Positions 19,639 to 32,981 of a DNA stretch of 52,417 bases are shown piece after piece (the first letter of the stretch is position 1; every line of letters begins with the position of its first letter). The stretch covers positions 124,001-176,417 of the forward strand of contig JAPEUI010000027.1 in the NCBI GenBank assembly GCA_026025075.1. The letters run 5' to 3'. The translations under genes and the position numbers were made by a program. The notes below the pieces were generated by a model. That model had not been told where the DNA came from. It was given only the letters and a program-made list of their open reading frames with translations, and searched no databases. Origin of the DNA: Vezdaea acicularis (lineage: Eukaryota).

Positions 19639-22329
19639 CTAGTACATGCCCTCATCTTCTTCACGCAAAAGTGCGGCGTACTCATCAGCAGAGGCAAACG
19701 TTGGTAGATGCTTCAACTTGCGGCGCTTCTTTTTCTTGGACCTATCGTCGTCCTTCGCTTCTTTGCTCAGCTCAAGATCGGCCCCGAAAGCTTCCCCGAG
19801 ATCTGATGGAATCTCGTCATCGCTTGCATACTGACCATCCTCTTCTCTGACAAAATCGAGGTCCCCTGCTTCTTCGGGATCACTGGGCTCGAAGCTATCT
19901 TGACCTTCATTTAGAACTTCCTCTTCTTCTGCGTCAACTTCTATATCTACAACACTGTTATCCTCCTCTGACTCGAGATCTTCAAGCTCTAGGTCGCTAT
20001 CTCCTTCCTCGCTACCTTCTAGCTCAGGACGAGAACCGACAAGAGCTCTCCAGATTTCATTCTCTTGTTCATCGCCCATTCCATCATTGTCCGAGGCTTG
20101 ATCATCAGCAGCGTTAGTCTTGCTTTTCGCTCTCGCCCGTTGGTCCTTGCCAACTTGATTGAAATATTTGTGGAAGAAGACCTCGTCTACTGCGACATCT
20201 TCCCCTCTCATTCTCCAGAATGAATCCGAGTTGAGAGGTCTTTGATTTTTGTTGGTCTGTTTTGATGTAACCAGTAGGGCGCTTGTGTCCCCTCCAGCAA
20301 GCGGCTGCATGATTGACACTCCGCGAGGTCCCTCGGGTTTTGATCGTGCATTGCGGTAAACAAATCGGTCCAGGAAGTGCGTAAGAGTGTGCAAGTTCAA
20401 ATCCGGCTTTCCAGGAAGAGCCTCATCGTTCAAAAGGCGAGTTGCAAAAAGAGATACTGACGGGTGGAAGTGTGCTAAGAAAGGAGTCTGCCTAAATCAG
20501 CTGGTACGAACATTTTCCAATAACCTTACAATCGGAACTAACCAATTCCCAGAGACAAGATTTATCGGCATTGCTGTGATCGGCGTCCCTTTTTCTTCCA
20601 TCATACGCCTGGCCAGGCTTCGCGCCCGTAGACTTCCTTATCGAGTCAGGTCTAGGCGTAGGCGGCTGAGACTTTACAAGAAGAGCGTCGTCAGGTGCAT
20701 CCATGAAGACCTCCTCATCTGAATCGTCAAGTGCTTCTGGTTGGTCGAGCAATGACTTAATGCTGGGAAAGGTCTTTTGCAGCTCCATAATAAGGAACAG
20801 AACACCGCAGACAAATGGAGGCTGATGCAGTGAAACAATCTGCACCAATCGCTTCACAAACCCCTTCACTCTCTTGACGTTAAGGTCTGATCGTAAGGAA
20901 CGAAAGAGGAGGTTGAGATACATGGTTTGCTTAGAAGAATTAATCAATCTTGGGTCAAGTAGAGACTCATACAACGTTCGGTAAAATCGATCCATTGACA
21001 TCTGCTTTAATGAAGTGAGCTGCTGAATAAACATCAGAGCTTGGATACTGGTGTTGAAATTAGACGAATGCGTAATCTTGAAGAGGGTATCTAAATGTGG
21101 TTCAAACCTAATCTCAGAGTCAAAAGGTCTGATGTCGTTCAATTGATTTAGGGTGAAACATACGTAGAATCGCTTGCCTGTGAGAATGGAAACGCTCGGT
21201 TTACACCGGTTAATACTGCTGATATCATTTTGTCCTTTAAATCTTCCTCTGTTTGAGTTTGCTTTTCTTTCCTGTTGGCCTTTTCCTTAGCTTTCTTTCC
21301 CTTCTGTCCACCTCCTCCTTGTTTCTCCCCTTTCTTATTGACTTGTACCTCCGGCGCTACTTCAATCTTTGGCTTCTTCAGCAGGCTAACGAAAAGACCA
21401 AAGTATATCTCTAAAAGCTTGTCAGCGACTTCGACCTCCTGCCGGCTAAGCACTACCTGATTGAGAGTTATGATAGCGTAATAGCGGGCATGCGAGCTCT
21501 GTCCAGGACGGAACAGTAGGTCAGACTCTATTGAAGAGATGATTATCGGCTTCATTAATGGATGAGTAGTCTGCAACTGAAGCAAAAGAAAGGAAGCTTT
21601 GGAGGCAATCTTCTTATTAGGATCTCCAAGCTTGTTTATAAGCAACCGGAGGAGGTTGGCTTCTTGTTCAGGTTTCTCTTTGAGCAGCTCCCATACGTAA
21701 CTCACTGCCCTTGCCCTTGCGTATTCAACCTCATCGTTGCACCAGCTTTCCAGAATCTTTAAAATTTCGAAGTAGCTCGTCTTGAGCCAGTCTTCATAGG
21801 CCCATGAAATCAGGTGAATATCTTGAATTCCACCGGGCAGTGCTTCACCATTCCTCCATGTCTCTCTATTCTGAAAGGCAGCTATGAGGCCGGGTTGACT
21901 CTGGAATGTCTTTAATTTCCGCTCCGAAGGGAGGACCACTCCTTGAGCCAAGAGATCTTTCAATGCCCCAAGAGCACTCACGGCCTGACCGCGACTACGT
22001 TTACGAGCAAGTCCAATCAAGCTCTCAAAGGCTTTTATGTTATGTAGCGGAGATTCTTGCACGACAAGTGTCAGGGCAGAAACTTTGTCAGAGATTGTAC
22101 CTGAGGACACAATTGTGGAAAGGAAACGATGGGATGACGAGGCTGAGAGGTGCTTTGAGGCGTATTTTTCATTATCGGATTCGAGCATAGAGAAGGCATG
22201 TTTGCGGACTCGATCTAACAAGTCTTGCGTCGGTGGATTGTACTTCCACTTTTTTGCGGGCACCTCGATATGGGGTAGGGGCTCTGCATGCCAATCCGGT
22301 CGTGGCCGGAAGATGAGAGTTACGCTCAT
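19639..22329 (-). CDS. MAK21: Ribosome biogenesis protein Mak21/Noc1 (CBF/CEBPZ family), 859 aa, 3 exons
   Basis: Exons 22329-21164, 21107-20543 and 20487-19639 join in frame. Motifs SGTISDKVSALTLVVQESP, KPEQEANLLRLLINKLGD, LTGVNRAFPF, HSSNFNTSIQAL, RFYRTLYESL, YDGRKRD, HFHPSV, FLDRFVYRN, PTFASADEY. Confidence 0.92.
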
Positions 22330-22524
22330 TGTACAGGCTTGCCATAGATTCTTTCGAAAATTTCTGTGTAACCTGGTGTACGTGTTTGAAGGTCCAAAAT
22401 TTTGAGGACCGTCGCGGGGAAAGATTTCGCCGGCACCGACGCGACGGCCTCTTTGGAGTTGGGACCTGCTCCCGCGTAGACTTATTTATTCACAACTACC
22501 ACTAAGAACAATGCGATATCATAG

Positions 22525-24859
22525 ATGCAGAGATTACATTGGGCCAAACGCACAGGGTCCGTAAGATTCGGAGCAGGGTTGCATAGACTCATCCACGTAA
22601 GTCTTACTTCATAACCGGTCTGTAATTTCGAAAAACTAACAAGTTGTCCCAAAGCTTGATCAACGCAGTCGCCTTTCCAAAATATGGATTCCGACCGGCG
22701 GAATTGCGGCACGGCAAGAGGGCCAAGGTGAAAATATACAACAGCCTTCTCAGGAGTTGAAGAGCTAATGTTTGATATAGAGGACTCACAGTCTCTCCTC
22801 TTCCGAGCAGGCTACCTCCGTCAGGTCAATCTCCTACTCCGATTTGTACACAACATACTTATGCAACAGTATTCAGGCTCACTCAGGAATATTCCACCTT
22901 CTTCCACTGGGTTTGCGGGTGCAAGACAAACTGGAACGTACGATCGATGATCATATGAGCAGGCTTGGTACGTTTCGGCGAAATGCTTTTGAGACCCCGC
23001 TTATCTGCTTTAGGCGCCTCCAAAGTGGCTTTATCATCTATAACTTCAGAGGACTTGTGGACGAGATCAGGCAGGCTAGGTCACGGTGCATCGGATGTAG
23101 TTCAATCTATGCCGAAGACTTGGTTTGATCACTAACAGGCATGACCCTGTAGCTTTTTCGGTTCCACGATCGTAAAGGCGGCCATTACCTACTCGGACCA
23201 ACTCATGAGGAAGAGATTACGGCTCTTGTGGCGTCCACCTTGAAGTCTTATAAGGAGCTTCCCCTCCGCCTCTACCAGATATGTAGGTGCAATCCTAGTG
23301 TCGCTTATGAGATGAGATTGATTGAAGGCCACAAACTGACTCCCTTTCTTCAAGCGCGCAAGTACAGGGACGAGCCACGACCTCGGCAAGGTCTTCTCAG
23401 AACACGAGAGTTTCTCATGAAAGATCTGTATACCTTCGACCAAAGCATTGAGCAAGCTCTCGAGAGTTACAATTCAGTTCGCGCAGAATATATTCGATTC
23501 TTCGATCTTTTAAAAGTCAAATACATGGTCGCAGAGGCTAGTTCAGGAGACATGGGAGGCAAATTAAGCCATGAGTTCCACTTTCCAAGTGCAAAGGGTG
23601 AGGATCACATAATCAGTTGCACCCATTGCGCCTACGTTGCAAACGAGGAGGTTGCACAAAGCAGACTGCCAGAAAGGAGGTCATTTGCGTCGATCGAGGT
23701 CGATACCCGAGATTTCACCCCTAGTGCGAAAGACTTAGAAACCAGTCTCGAGTCTGCGCACACAAACATGCGTTCTGAAGAAGACCCCTTCGCATTGGGA
23801 ATACGTGTTTGGTCTGCAGTCTCCAAGGATAGGCTAACACTGGTCAACGTTTTCTATCCATCAAAAGCTCCACATGGTGCCAAAAAGCCAACACCTCGCT
23901 CATACTCTCACGATGTCAATGTACATCGTATCAAATCCATATTCCCTGATCTGGACGCTGGTGTCGGAGATCCTGTCAGCGTCTGGAGGAATAGATTTCG
24001 CTATCAACATGGGAGCCAGACCCCAAGCGATGCTCCCATCCCAGCGAACTCACAGATTATAAACATCTTTGACTACCGAATACCTTCAAAATTCTACACT
24101 GCAACATTCGCAGGCCATGCTGACATTCCGGTCTCCGCGAAGATGTCATCTTACTTCTCCAAAACAATTCCAACAACTTCCATCAGTTTGGACCCTGTGT
24201 CTGGAGCTCCGTTGGACCTACTACGTATAAAAGACGATGATCCATGCCCCAAGTGTTCGCAAGGTCTCCTAAGGGTTCAAAGGGCGATCGAATTGGGGCA
24301 TACCTTCATGCTTGGTACAAGGTATAGCGATCCGTTAAGGGCGATGACGGTTGTACCCTCGGACGGTGCAATCACTACAGGCAACGCCACTACCGCTCAG
24401 GATGCCGAAGTTCCTTTGCAGATGGGCTGTCACGGCATTGGGATATCACGAATGATAGGAGCTATAGCTGACATTATGGCAGATGAGAAAGGTCTGAATT
24501 GGCCTAGGATAATAGCACCATATGACTTAGTCATCATTCCAAGTAAGGGCACCGATAATGATGCATTACAGGTGTATGATGCTCTGATTGAAGTCTCGAA
24601 TGGAGACTTGAAGGGTTCTGGCGCCGTAGAGTCTGGACTACGCCTCTCAATCGATGCTGTTCTTGATGACCGCCCGAAAGACTTTGCATGGAAACTAAAG
24701 GATGCGGATCTATTAGGTTTTCCGGTCGTTGTCATACTTGGCAGGGATTGGAAAAGTAGCCGTCTGTGTGAGGTGCAGTGTCGGCGACTGGGTTTGCGAA
24801 GCTGGGTGGCTGTTGGCGAGTTGCAAGCTCATGTTCAATCTATGTTAGAACAGCTTTAG
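22525..24859 (+). CDS. AIM10: Mitochondrial prolyl-tRNA synthetase (bacterial-type class II), multi-exon
   Basis: Spliced N-terminus MQRLHWAKR...RLSKIWIPTGG...LLFRAGYLRQAHSGIFHLLPLGLRVQDKL...LGPTHEEEIT. Motif 2 RKYRDEPRPRQGLLRTREFLMKD, then IELGHTF, MGCHGIGISR and anticodon domain KLKDADLLGFP. Confidence 0.92.
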
Positions 24860-25188
24860 CTCTTCTTTGATAGAAGCTAAAGTGTCTCACGCTCATTGGA
24901 CATAGTGAGCTTGCGCCGTGCAATGGAAAGGGGGTCTCGGCTCAAGGAGAACGGTAGAAGAGGGCGCGCTTCTTCGAGGGGTTCAATCAGATCTGTATAT
25001 ATTACATGTGAATATCAAAATATCATCTTGTAACTCACTTTTCATTTGAAGTTGAACTCGGTAGGACAATCAATAACACTTCGATATATAGGTTATAAAA
25101 TTGGGCTGTACCTCGTGAAATTTGCGCTTAGGGAAGGTTTAGCTGTCCGAGCTCTTCTACTTCGCATATCTAGCTCAATCCGCACACA

Positions 25189-25885
25189 ATGGCATCAAAA
25201 GAGAAGGGCCAAACAGGTGCGTAAACCCCACTGACAGCCCACATTAGCCTTTAAACCTCCATTCACATCTTCTAGTGGACCTTGCAGCCCTTTCAGTCCA
25301 GCAGCTCAGCCAGGTGAAGAAACAGCTAGACGAGGAGCTCGAGCACCTTACCAATTCCTTCAACAAACTTCGTGCCGCCCAAAACAAGTTCCGAGAATGC
25401 TTACAATCAATTAAAGGTGGCGTAAGCGCGAGTGTAATAGGTAGGAACGGATCTAGCTGATGAGCCATACATTGCTCTGTGCGTTCGACTGATTTGAACA
25501 AGGCAAGCCCATTCTAGTGCCCTTGACAACCTCTCTGTACGTCCCTGGGACTATAGCAGATAGTGAAAACGTCATTGTTGATGTGGGAACCGGGTACTAC
25601 ATTGAAAAGGTTCGTATGACGTGCTAGCATGCTTATGGGTACGGTCTAACTGCGGTTCAGAGCACCACCGACGCGCTGAAGTTTTATAACAGCAAGATCG
25701 ATGAGTTGGGGGCAAATTTAAAAGACTTGGAGAGTATTGTCCAAGGGAAATCGAATAATTTGAGGATTGTGGAAGATGGTCAGCTAGGCTTCTTCCACGA
25801 ATATTTCTAGGTGAACTAATTTGGTCGTACAGTATTGCGCCAGAAAGTCATTTCGGGGTCTACCCTGTCAGATGCCTCCACCTGA
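25189..25885 (+). CDS. GIM5: Prefoldin subunit 5, multi-exon
   Basis: [38 protein letters not shown]...[13 protein letters not shown]...[13 protein letters not shown]...LRQKVI, with four canonical introns. Confidence 0.93.
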
Positions 25886-26854
25886 GCATCTTTCACGTCT
25901 GTTGCAGCGGCATACATCTTTTGTAGTATCTCCGCTACCTCGAAGTACCAGGCATATTGGATAAATCAGATACGCTCTGGGCCAGATTCAAAAAACTAGC
26001 TGATGTGTCCTCAATGGGTCAGCTCATCCATACCAGCCCTCCAAATGGAGACTACTGAAGACACCTCGAAGACTATTTCAGAGATCTCGACATTCGAAGG
26101 ACTACCTGAAAGGTAATCTTAGAAAGGTCGGCTAGACCCTACCTCGCTTCCCGAAGTCTAGCTTTCGCGAAAGGCCCCGGGTAGTGAGTAAAACAGGTAT
26201 TTGCCACCTAACCGCCTGTCCTGGAAGTCATAGTCGGATGGCAAAAATCCTAGCATGGATCTATATATTGCATGAGAGAAAAGAACGTTATTTCCGTAAT
26301 ATAGGGGTTAAATCATTGCAATACGTCACATGGAATACACATTCTCGAACTGGTAATACGTGTATAGAATCATGACGATAAGGGTAACATGGCCCTTTGG
26401 CACTTCGTGATTTTAGCTAGACACTTCTATGCTATACTCAAAGAGCTTACTCCTAAATACATTGGTGGGACATGAATGTCAAGGCAGTAAATACACTCTG
26501 TTTTCTACCTCGGAAGCGTACGCTGCCATTTTTTTCACAAATGTCTCGCTCAACTGAGCAATTGCATCACGATTACTCTCCTCTAGTGGATCTAGGTTTG
26601 GACAAGTTAACCTCCTTTTTCATGGAAAAAGAGAACTCGACAGGTGAACCGAGAAATGCTAAGATCTCGACTATGTACGTAAAACGTATTGGCACACCCA
26701 AGGTGCCCTGTTAGACAGAAAAAAACACCTAAGGACGTAATGAACATTGCCAAACAGAACCCCTTGAAGATTCTCATTGTTCGATCAAGCATGTAGGTCC
26801 ACAGCCCCTTGATATCCTCTCAAATCACTGAGCTCTGCAGGGCCAAGATTACCC

Positions 26855-27930
26855 CCTGAATCCTTGAGTCTCATGGGACTGGAATATCCTATCGAACGAC
26901 TAGGCAGAGCAGACATTTGAAATTCCCGTGGAACATTAAGCTCTGCAGCTCCGCAACATGCAGGGCTTCCCCTAGTTTGTGGCATGATAAGTCCGACAAA
27001 ACGAGCTATTCCAAAGCTGAAGCAGACTGAGTCAATGCCTGATAAGTAGCTCTTGTGGCAAAACACAATTTTTGGAATGGCGGCGAATTCTATGGTCCGC
27101 CCGAGTTGAATTCTCTCTACCTACTGAGCAAATATTTCACAGAATATCCTAAGGACACAGGGAAAGTAGTGATTATAGCAAGGGCGCCCTCAACAGGGAG
27201 ACCAAAAACTCCTAACGTTAGCGCAGAAGGCGTACGTTGCAGCTTCGGTTACTGCATTAAGGTCCTTGGCGGCAGGAAGAAGATCCACAGCTGCGAATGC
27301 GATGAGGTTGATCCAAAAGCACCTGTCGAGACCAGTAACGGCGAGAAAGTAGAACAAGGTAAAGCGTGCAAGGTAAACAGCCTTAACCTCTCAGAGGCGC
27401 GCGCCGAAACTATCAGAAGTGCGGCTATGGTCCATGCGAATGCTAGAGTAGAAATTAGGATATCTCTCTAGGCTACAGATCCCTCAAAATAACAGTATTT
27501 TGGCTATTCACGCCGAACTTTCAATCCCAACAGTGACATATTCGCCTCTGAGTCAAGGATTCCTGAAAGGGCGAATCAAGAAGCTCTAAGACATTCCAAG
27601 GTATGGCTATAGACTTACCCAACCTCTTTTCAGCCTGGCAGATTAGACCAGAAATTATTTCGTATTCACAAGCTTGAGAAGAAAGGAAAGGAGAAAGGGT
27701 GTATGCTAGAAGAGCTCGATATGACCGCTGTCATGGTTCACTGGAGATGGCCCCGGAAACGCCAATGGTCGTCCCCAATTTGCCTACATCAACACCTGCA
27801 TGCCTCGAGTGGATTATGAAGAGCTCGGCCTTGATTAAGAAGACCTTGAAGAGATCCAGAGTCCCAGGCGGAGCCGAATTCGTTCGCAGTAACTATTATA
27901 GACCCATTGCCGTGCTATCAGATGGCTAAG
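26855..27930 (+). pseudogene. Degenerate aldo-keto reductase (pyridoxal reductase Plr1-like) pseudogene
   Basis: Remnants LMGL, NFWNGGEFYGPP, KYFTEYP, VDPKAPVETS, LSEARAETIR, SL*ATDP (premature TAG at 27469-27471), TYSPLSQGFLKG, KKL*DIP and EEDLEEI, spread across frameshifts. Boundaries are approximate. Confidence 0.8.
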
Positions 27931-28596
27931 CGTGAGACATGGCTGGTGCAAGTTAGCCTAAATATTCTACCCATATTAATCATTTTCGTCGGGAGCTATC
28001 CGTCCCATTGTGTTGGCAATACGATCAGATCAAGTGTAAATTAAAAGGGTCGGCTTGTGGTTATGAACAAGTGACAAAACCATCCGCATTGCAGAACTCT
28101 TTGGCTTGTTCATCATTTTGATGTTCCATTCAGAGGTTGAGATGAGGAGATATGAGGAGAAAGAACATACCTTTGCATTGATAGTTAGAGCAAACCTTCT
28201 ATCTGGTGCAAGCCCGTTGTAAAAGTAGTGGTCCACCGCTTGCTACTGTCACGCGAAACGCGCCACTCATATCACTAGTTTAGAAAGCCATCGCTTGACG
28301 ATCTTGCAGGTTCTCACGTCTTCTCGTAACAACGCGACACCTTTTGAAAGCGCCCCCTTGATTGGAAACCGCCTATTAACCCATCTGCTAGTCAGACTTT
28401 CAAGATCTAGAGTCGCGGCGTTCTACAACTTCTCATTATTGTGTCACATACTCGCCGGAGGCCTTTGCGTTACGTACAGCGACACGCAAAAGCTGCTCCA
28501 GGACTCGCTCTTAAAACCTTGGCCGGGGAGAACATACTCTGATCATTCACCAAGGAATGGTCGCAACGCAGAACTTGCGATCAACTTATCGCTGCC

Positions 28597-30516
28597 ATGG
28601 GCCCACCGCAAGCTTTCCTTTCTAGCTATGCTCCACGCCTTAGAACATATGGCAATGCACTCCTTACTCCAGTCATCCAGCCGACCACCCAAGTTGTGCC
28701 CTCTTCTCGAACAACGAAACGCGGTACAACTGCCGTTAATTATGCAGATGATTTTGATGATGATGATTTCGAGGATGGTGAAAGTCGGCGGCGACCGACT
28801 GGCCTTCGAAGTCTACGAAGGGAAGACCTAGCTGAAGATAGAACATCAGCAGCAGACAAAATAGGGAAAGAATTGGACGCTCCGGTAGAGGTACAAGGAA
28901 TTTGGAGGGACTATATGGGTATAGCCAAGGAGGGCAAGTACGTAATTAATGGACAGATCCAAGTCGTTCTCGCACTAATTCGTGTGTCACTCTTCAGGAC
29001 CGATCGGCAATTACATGCGCAAACTACTCTCCCTCTGACATTGATACCTATTCGCATCGACCTTGACATTCCATCATTCATCCCATCAGCCCCATTTCCT
29101 CTGCCGCCCAATGTGCACGAACTAAATCTTAACCCGTCGCTGCCTGTCTACAAAACGGGAGAAGCGACTCCTCCCTATCGGCTGAAAGATGTGTTTCTCT
29201 GGAACCTACATGAAACCCTCATCACCCCAGATCAATTCGCCTTAGCCCTAGTCAACGACTTGGACCTACCAAACTCCACTGTCATGGCCATCAATATTAG
29301 CAACCAGATACGGACACAGCTAGAGGAGTACGCAGGTGTTGCACTGCACCCACTGTTCCATTCTTCGCAGAGCATGGCAGGGAATGGTAGTATAGCGAAG
29401 CCCACGCGGTCGCTGCTGTCGAGAGAAGCTTCTGCAGCAGCTACCCCGGGACCCTTAAATGCCTCTACGCCCTTAAGCAACAATCTTCATCATCCAAATG
29501 GAGACGCATCTCCGTTGAAGGCAGCCAATGGCGTAACTGCCTCTGCTGCTACGATTTCACTTAGTGCTTCAGAAGATCTCAATCCTGATGATGCTTACCG
29601 GTGCATCATAACTTTAAACATCAATCTTCTTAATCAGCTTTACACCGACAAGTTTGAATGGTCATTATTACATCCTCCTGGCCTCGCCGAGACGTTTGCC
29701 AAACATACCTGTGCCGATCTAGGCCTTGCTGGAGAATGGGTTCCTTCCATAACACATGCAATCTATGAAGCAGTATTACGTTTAAAGAAAGAAGCCTGCG
29801 AGGCAGGCGGCTTGTTTGGAGGAAACATGTACGGTGGCGAGATTGAGAATCAAGCCGCTGATGGCAAAGAAGCTGGATGGCGCTTCGATATGGAACAATT
29901 AGCGGACGAGTGGGAGCCGAAAGTAGAGATCTTGTCAAAAGAGGAGATCGAGAAGCGAGAAGGAGATCGAGAGCGCCAGATTAGGCGAATGAGGCGAGAG
30001 ACGGCAAGATTCTCGACTAACACTACTGTGCAGGGGGCGACTCCAGGAGGCTACTTCGATCAGGCACCCGAATCGGAGACGCCGATGGGAAGGGGGGAAA
30101 GAAGTAAGAAGAGGCGGCGTTTCAGAAGCTTGAGTCCTACTGGAAGGGCAGGAAGCCCTGGAGGAAGGGGTACGCCAGATCAAGGTGTTGCGGGCTATGG
30201 TGGACAAGGTGGCTCACTGACTGAATGGTATATCGAAGCCCTCGCTTGATTTATGAAGACAAGAATAACATATAGAGCAGGGAACGACAACGATGGAGAT
30301 GTTCCCATTGCAAGGTCTGGGGTAGTGCGATCTGGTCTGCTCGTGATGGTCCAAACGGGCAAAAGGTTCGTTTCCCGATCATGCGCGTCAAATTGTGCTA
30401 ACCCCCCCAACAAGACTTTATGCAACAACTGTGGTCTTCTCTATGAAAGAGACAAGCAACTCCCGCCTTGGTCCAAGGATATCCATTTGCATGATAAGCA
30501 GCTTGGAATGCGATAA
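28597..30516 (+). CDS. SFH1: RSC chromatin-remodelling subunit Sfh1 (SNF5 family) with C-terminal GATA-like zinc finger
   Basis: PQAFLSSYAPRLR N-terminus. SNF5 repeats LIPIRIDLD, KDVFLWNLHE and DKFEWSL...FAKHTCADLGL. LSKEEIEKREGDRERQIRR. Spliced C-terminal exons give CSHC-x20-CNNC. Confidence 0.9.
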
Positions 30517-30812
30517 TGATTTCCTAAGCTCATCTTTGCGGGTGCTTTAGGATTATTTGAAAAGAGTTGTATCAGTGTCTTGGACTTGAAAATTGGAGCA
30601 CCATGTCAAGCAACTCTTCTCAGCTCATCTTCGGTCACAGGCGTACGTTGATTGCATGGTCAATAAATGCATAGGGCTTACGTGGGAGGAATGATAGGTA
30701 GCACAGGCCACTGTTTACTTTGAGAAGTCAGACGAACTTAGTCACATCTAAGATGGATGTTATTGGAACTGGTCATTATATTCAGACTGTTTTCGCTAAT
30801 AATTCCTCCACC

Positions 30813-31361
30813 TCATGCCTTGATATCTGGCTGGTCCTTATCGGTACAGACGGCTCTGCGCTTCACTTCGGACGAACTTGGTGGTTCCTAAGGCAATCAT
30901 TAGAGTCTTCTAGAGCGGATCGGATCGGATCATAGTGGACTTACCGAGGAGGCTCTTCTCTTCCTCCCGACCATCGAAGGGGGAGCAGCTGCGGGCCTTC
31001 CGACTCTTCCTACTACATTACGGCTCCCAGCGACTGTCACGCCGCTGTGCACATTTAATGTTATGGGCCTTGCACGCCCGTTCTCGTCAAACATTGCGGT
31101 GTCCCGCAGCGCTGTGACGACTGCGCCAATCAGCGCCGACGTGTTCGAGGTATTATCCAAGTGTATGAAGTTCCCATGTCCGACTATTTTCGTTGGATTG
31201 GATATTGAGACATTGATAGGTGCAACCTCGTTCTCCTCCTCGTGGGAATCGGACAAGTCTGGGGAGGGCAACGATGTATGGAGATTAGAGGCCTTTTGGC
31301 TTGACGAGAGGAAGGATGCAATCAGGGGTTTAAAGGGGATCTGGTGCTCAGGAATAGCCAT
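30813..31361 (-). CDS. Hypothetical fungal protein, 2 exons
   Basis: 143-codon exon (...DENGRARPITLNVHSGVTVAGSRNVVG...GRKRRASS), then a GTAAGT...CTAAT...TAG intron, then EPPSSSEVKRR...DIKA*. Contains a basic NLS-like motif. Confidence 0.65.
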
Positions 31362-32079
31362 CTTAGTGGAGGCACAGATTAAGAAATGATAATAATATTA
31401 GGGTGTGAGATCGAGGCTAAGAACAGGTGATAATCAAGATAATGGCGGATTGAAGATGCTCTGATGATGTGGATTGGAGTAGACTGGGCGTGAGCAGGTA
31501 CACTTATAGTCTACGGTGGCTCTGCTGTAGGATCACACACTGCGTTTCCGCCCAATATCCCATCACTGCATCGCTATTGTCCTGCGGTCCACCTGCTGTG
31601 GTATTTTGCTATTGACGCATGTTAACTCAAGCCAACAGGCATCCACACCCAGTTATTTGGCAGGGGTGCGTTTGGTCTATTGTTGATGAGACCGGGTCGC
31701 TACCAGGGGGCTGGGAGTTGCTATTGTTCCTCAATAAGATTCGGCTAGCGTGATGACAGGGGATTCCCCATTGTCATTCACACGCATGCCGCAATAGCAC
31801 GAGGTTACGATGCGCAAGGTCAGAATTCTAGAATAGTAAAACAAATAGCGCTAGTTTCCAATGATTAGTCCCTACGTCAGGTGGCAAACAGATTTCCGTG
31901 TTTTTGATGCATCTCAGAGGCTGCAACACCAAGCGCCAAGATTTTGCACGCTAGGCGGGTTGAGCCCTCGCTTGCGACGAGCCCACGTAAATTCCGCGAC
32001 GTCGGAATTGGAGATAACTATTGTGTCAATTTGACTACAACTCAATTCTCACAATCTTCACGTTCCGCAAGTCTTCAAA

Positions 32080-32981
32080 ATGAAGTACATTCATTCGGAG
32101 CAGTCGTTGGAGATTCCCGAGAAAGGTGAATTTCCCCCAATTCCTCGATGAGGGCGCTATGGCTGCTTGAGCATATGTCGTATAGTGAAATATATAGCAA
32201 CTATCTTCAAGAGCCCGTTCAGAGGACCACAATCTAGGGATATTCATATTGCTGACCTTATTCTCCTTCACAGTCAAGGTCTCCATCAAGTCAAGGATAG
32301 TGACTGTTGAGGGTCCTCGAGGTTCATCATCCTGCCCCACTGAACTCTCTAGCGGTTGATCCTGATATCCAGTTAGGGAAGCTCGTCAAGAACCTTTCCC
32401 ACCTCAACGTTAACTTCACCCACCCCAAAAAGAATGTCGTAAATATCGAGTTACACCATGGACAACGCAAGAACGTCGCTACCCTCCGAACAGTTCGGTC
32501 GATAATAAACAACTTGATCATTGGTGTCACGAAGGGTTTCAAGTACAAAATGCGATACGTGTACGCTCATTTCCCCATCAACGTCAACATCGAGAAGAAC
32601 AAGGAGTCGGACCTATATGAGGTTGATATTCGGTCAGTTTTGGAAGAATGTGGAGCTGGAGAGAAGTCTTCAGGGCTAACCACAATACCCCCAGAAATTT
32701 TCTTGGCGAGAAGATCGTGCGGAAAGTAACCTTGCAACCTGGTGTTGACGTTGAGATTTCAAAGAACGTGAAGGATGAGATTCAATTGACTGGCAACTCC
32801 CTTGAGAACGTCTCGCAGAGTGCGGCGGATATCCAACAAATCTGTAGAGTCCGAAACAAGGATATTCGAAAGGTACAAGCCCACTTCTGAATCTTGTTTT
32901 TGGCCTCTGGCTAATATCTCCTTTTCCTCACAGTTCCTGGACGGTCTTTACGTGTCGGAGAAGGGTAACATTCAGGAGTAG
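32080..32981 (+). CDS. RPL9: 60S ribosomal protein L9 (uL6), 5 exons
   Basis: [31 protein letters not shown]|...[16 protein letters not shown]...RNFLGEK...[31 protein letters not shown]. Confidence 0.97.

Noticed and set aside
28247..28262. CTGTCACGCG match to the transposon end junction; ACGCGAAACGCG MCB/SCB-like motif upstream of SFH1
   Set aside because: Only 10 bp with no partner TIR; the motif is too short to call without conservation data.
32126..32273. Possible intronic C/D snoRNA in the longer first intron of RPL9
   Set aside because: No canonical RTGATGA C box, and the CTGA is simply the branch site.
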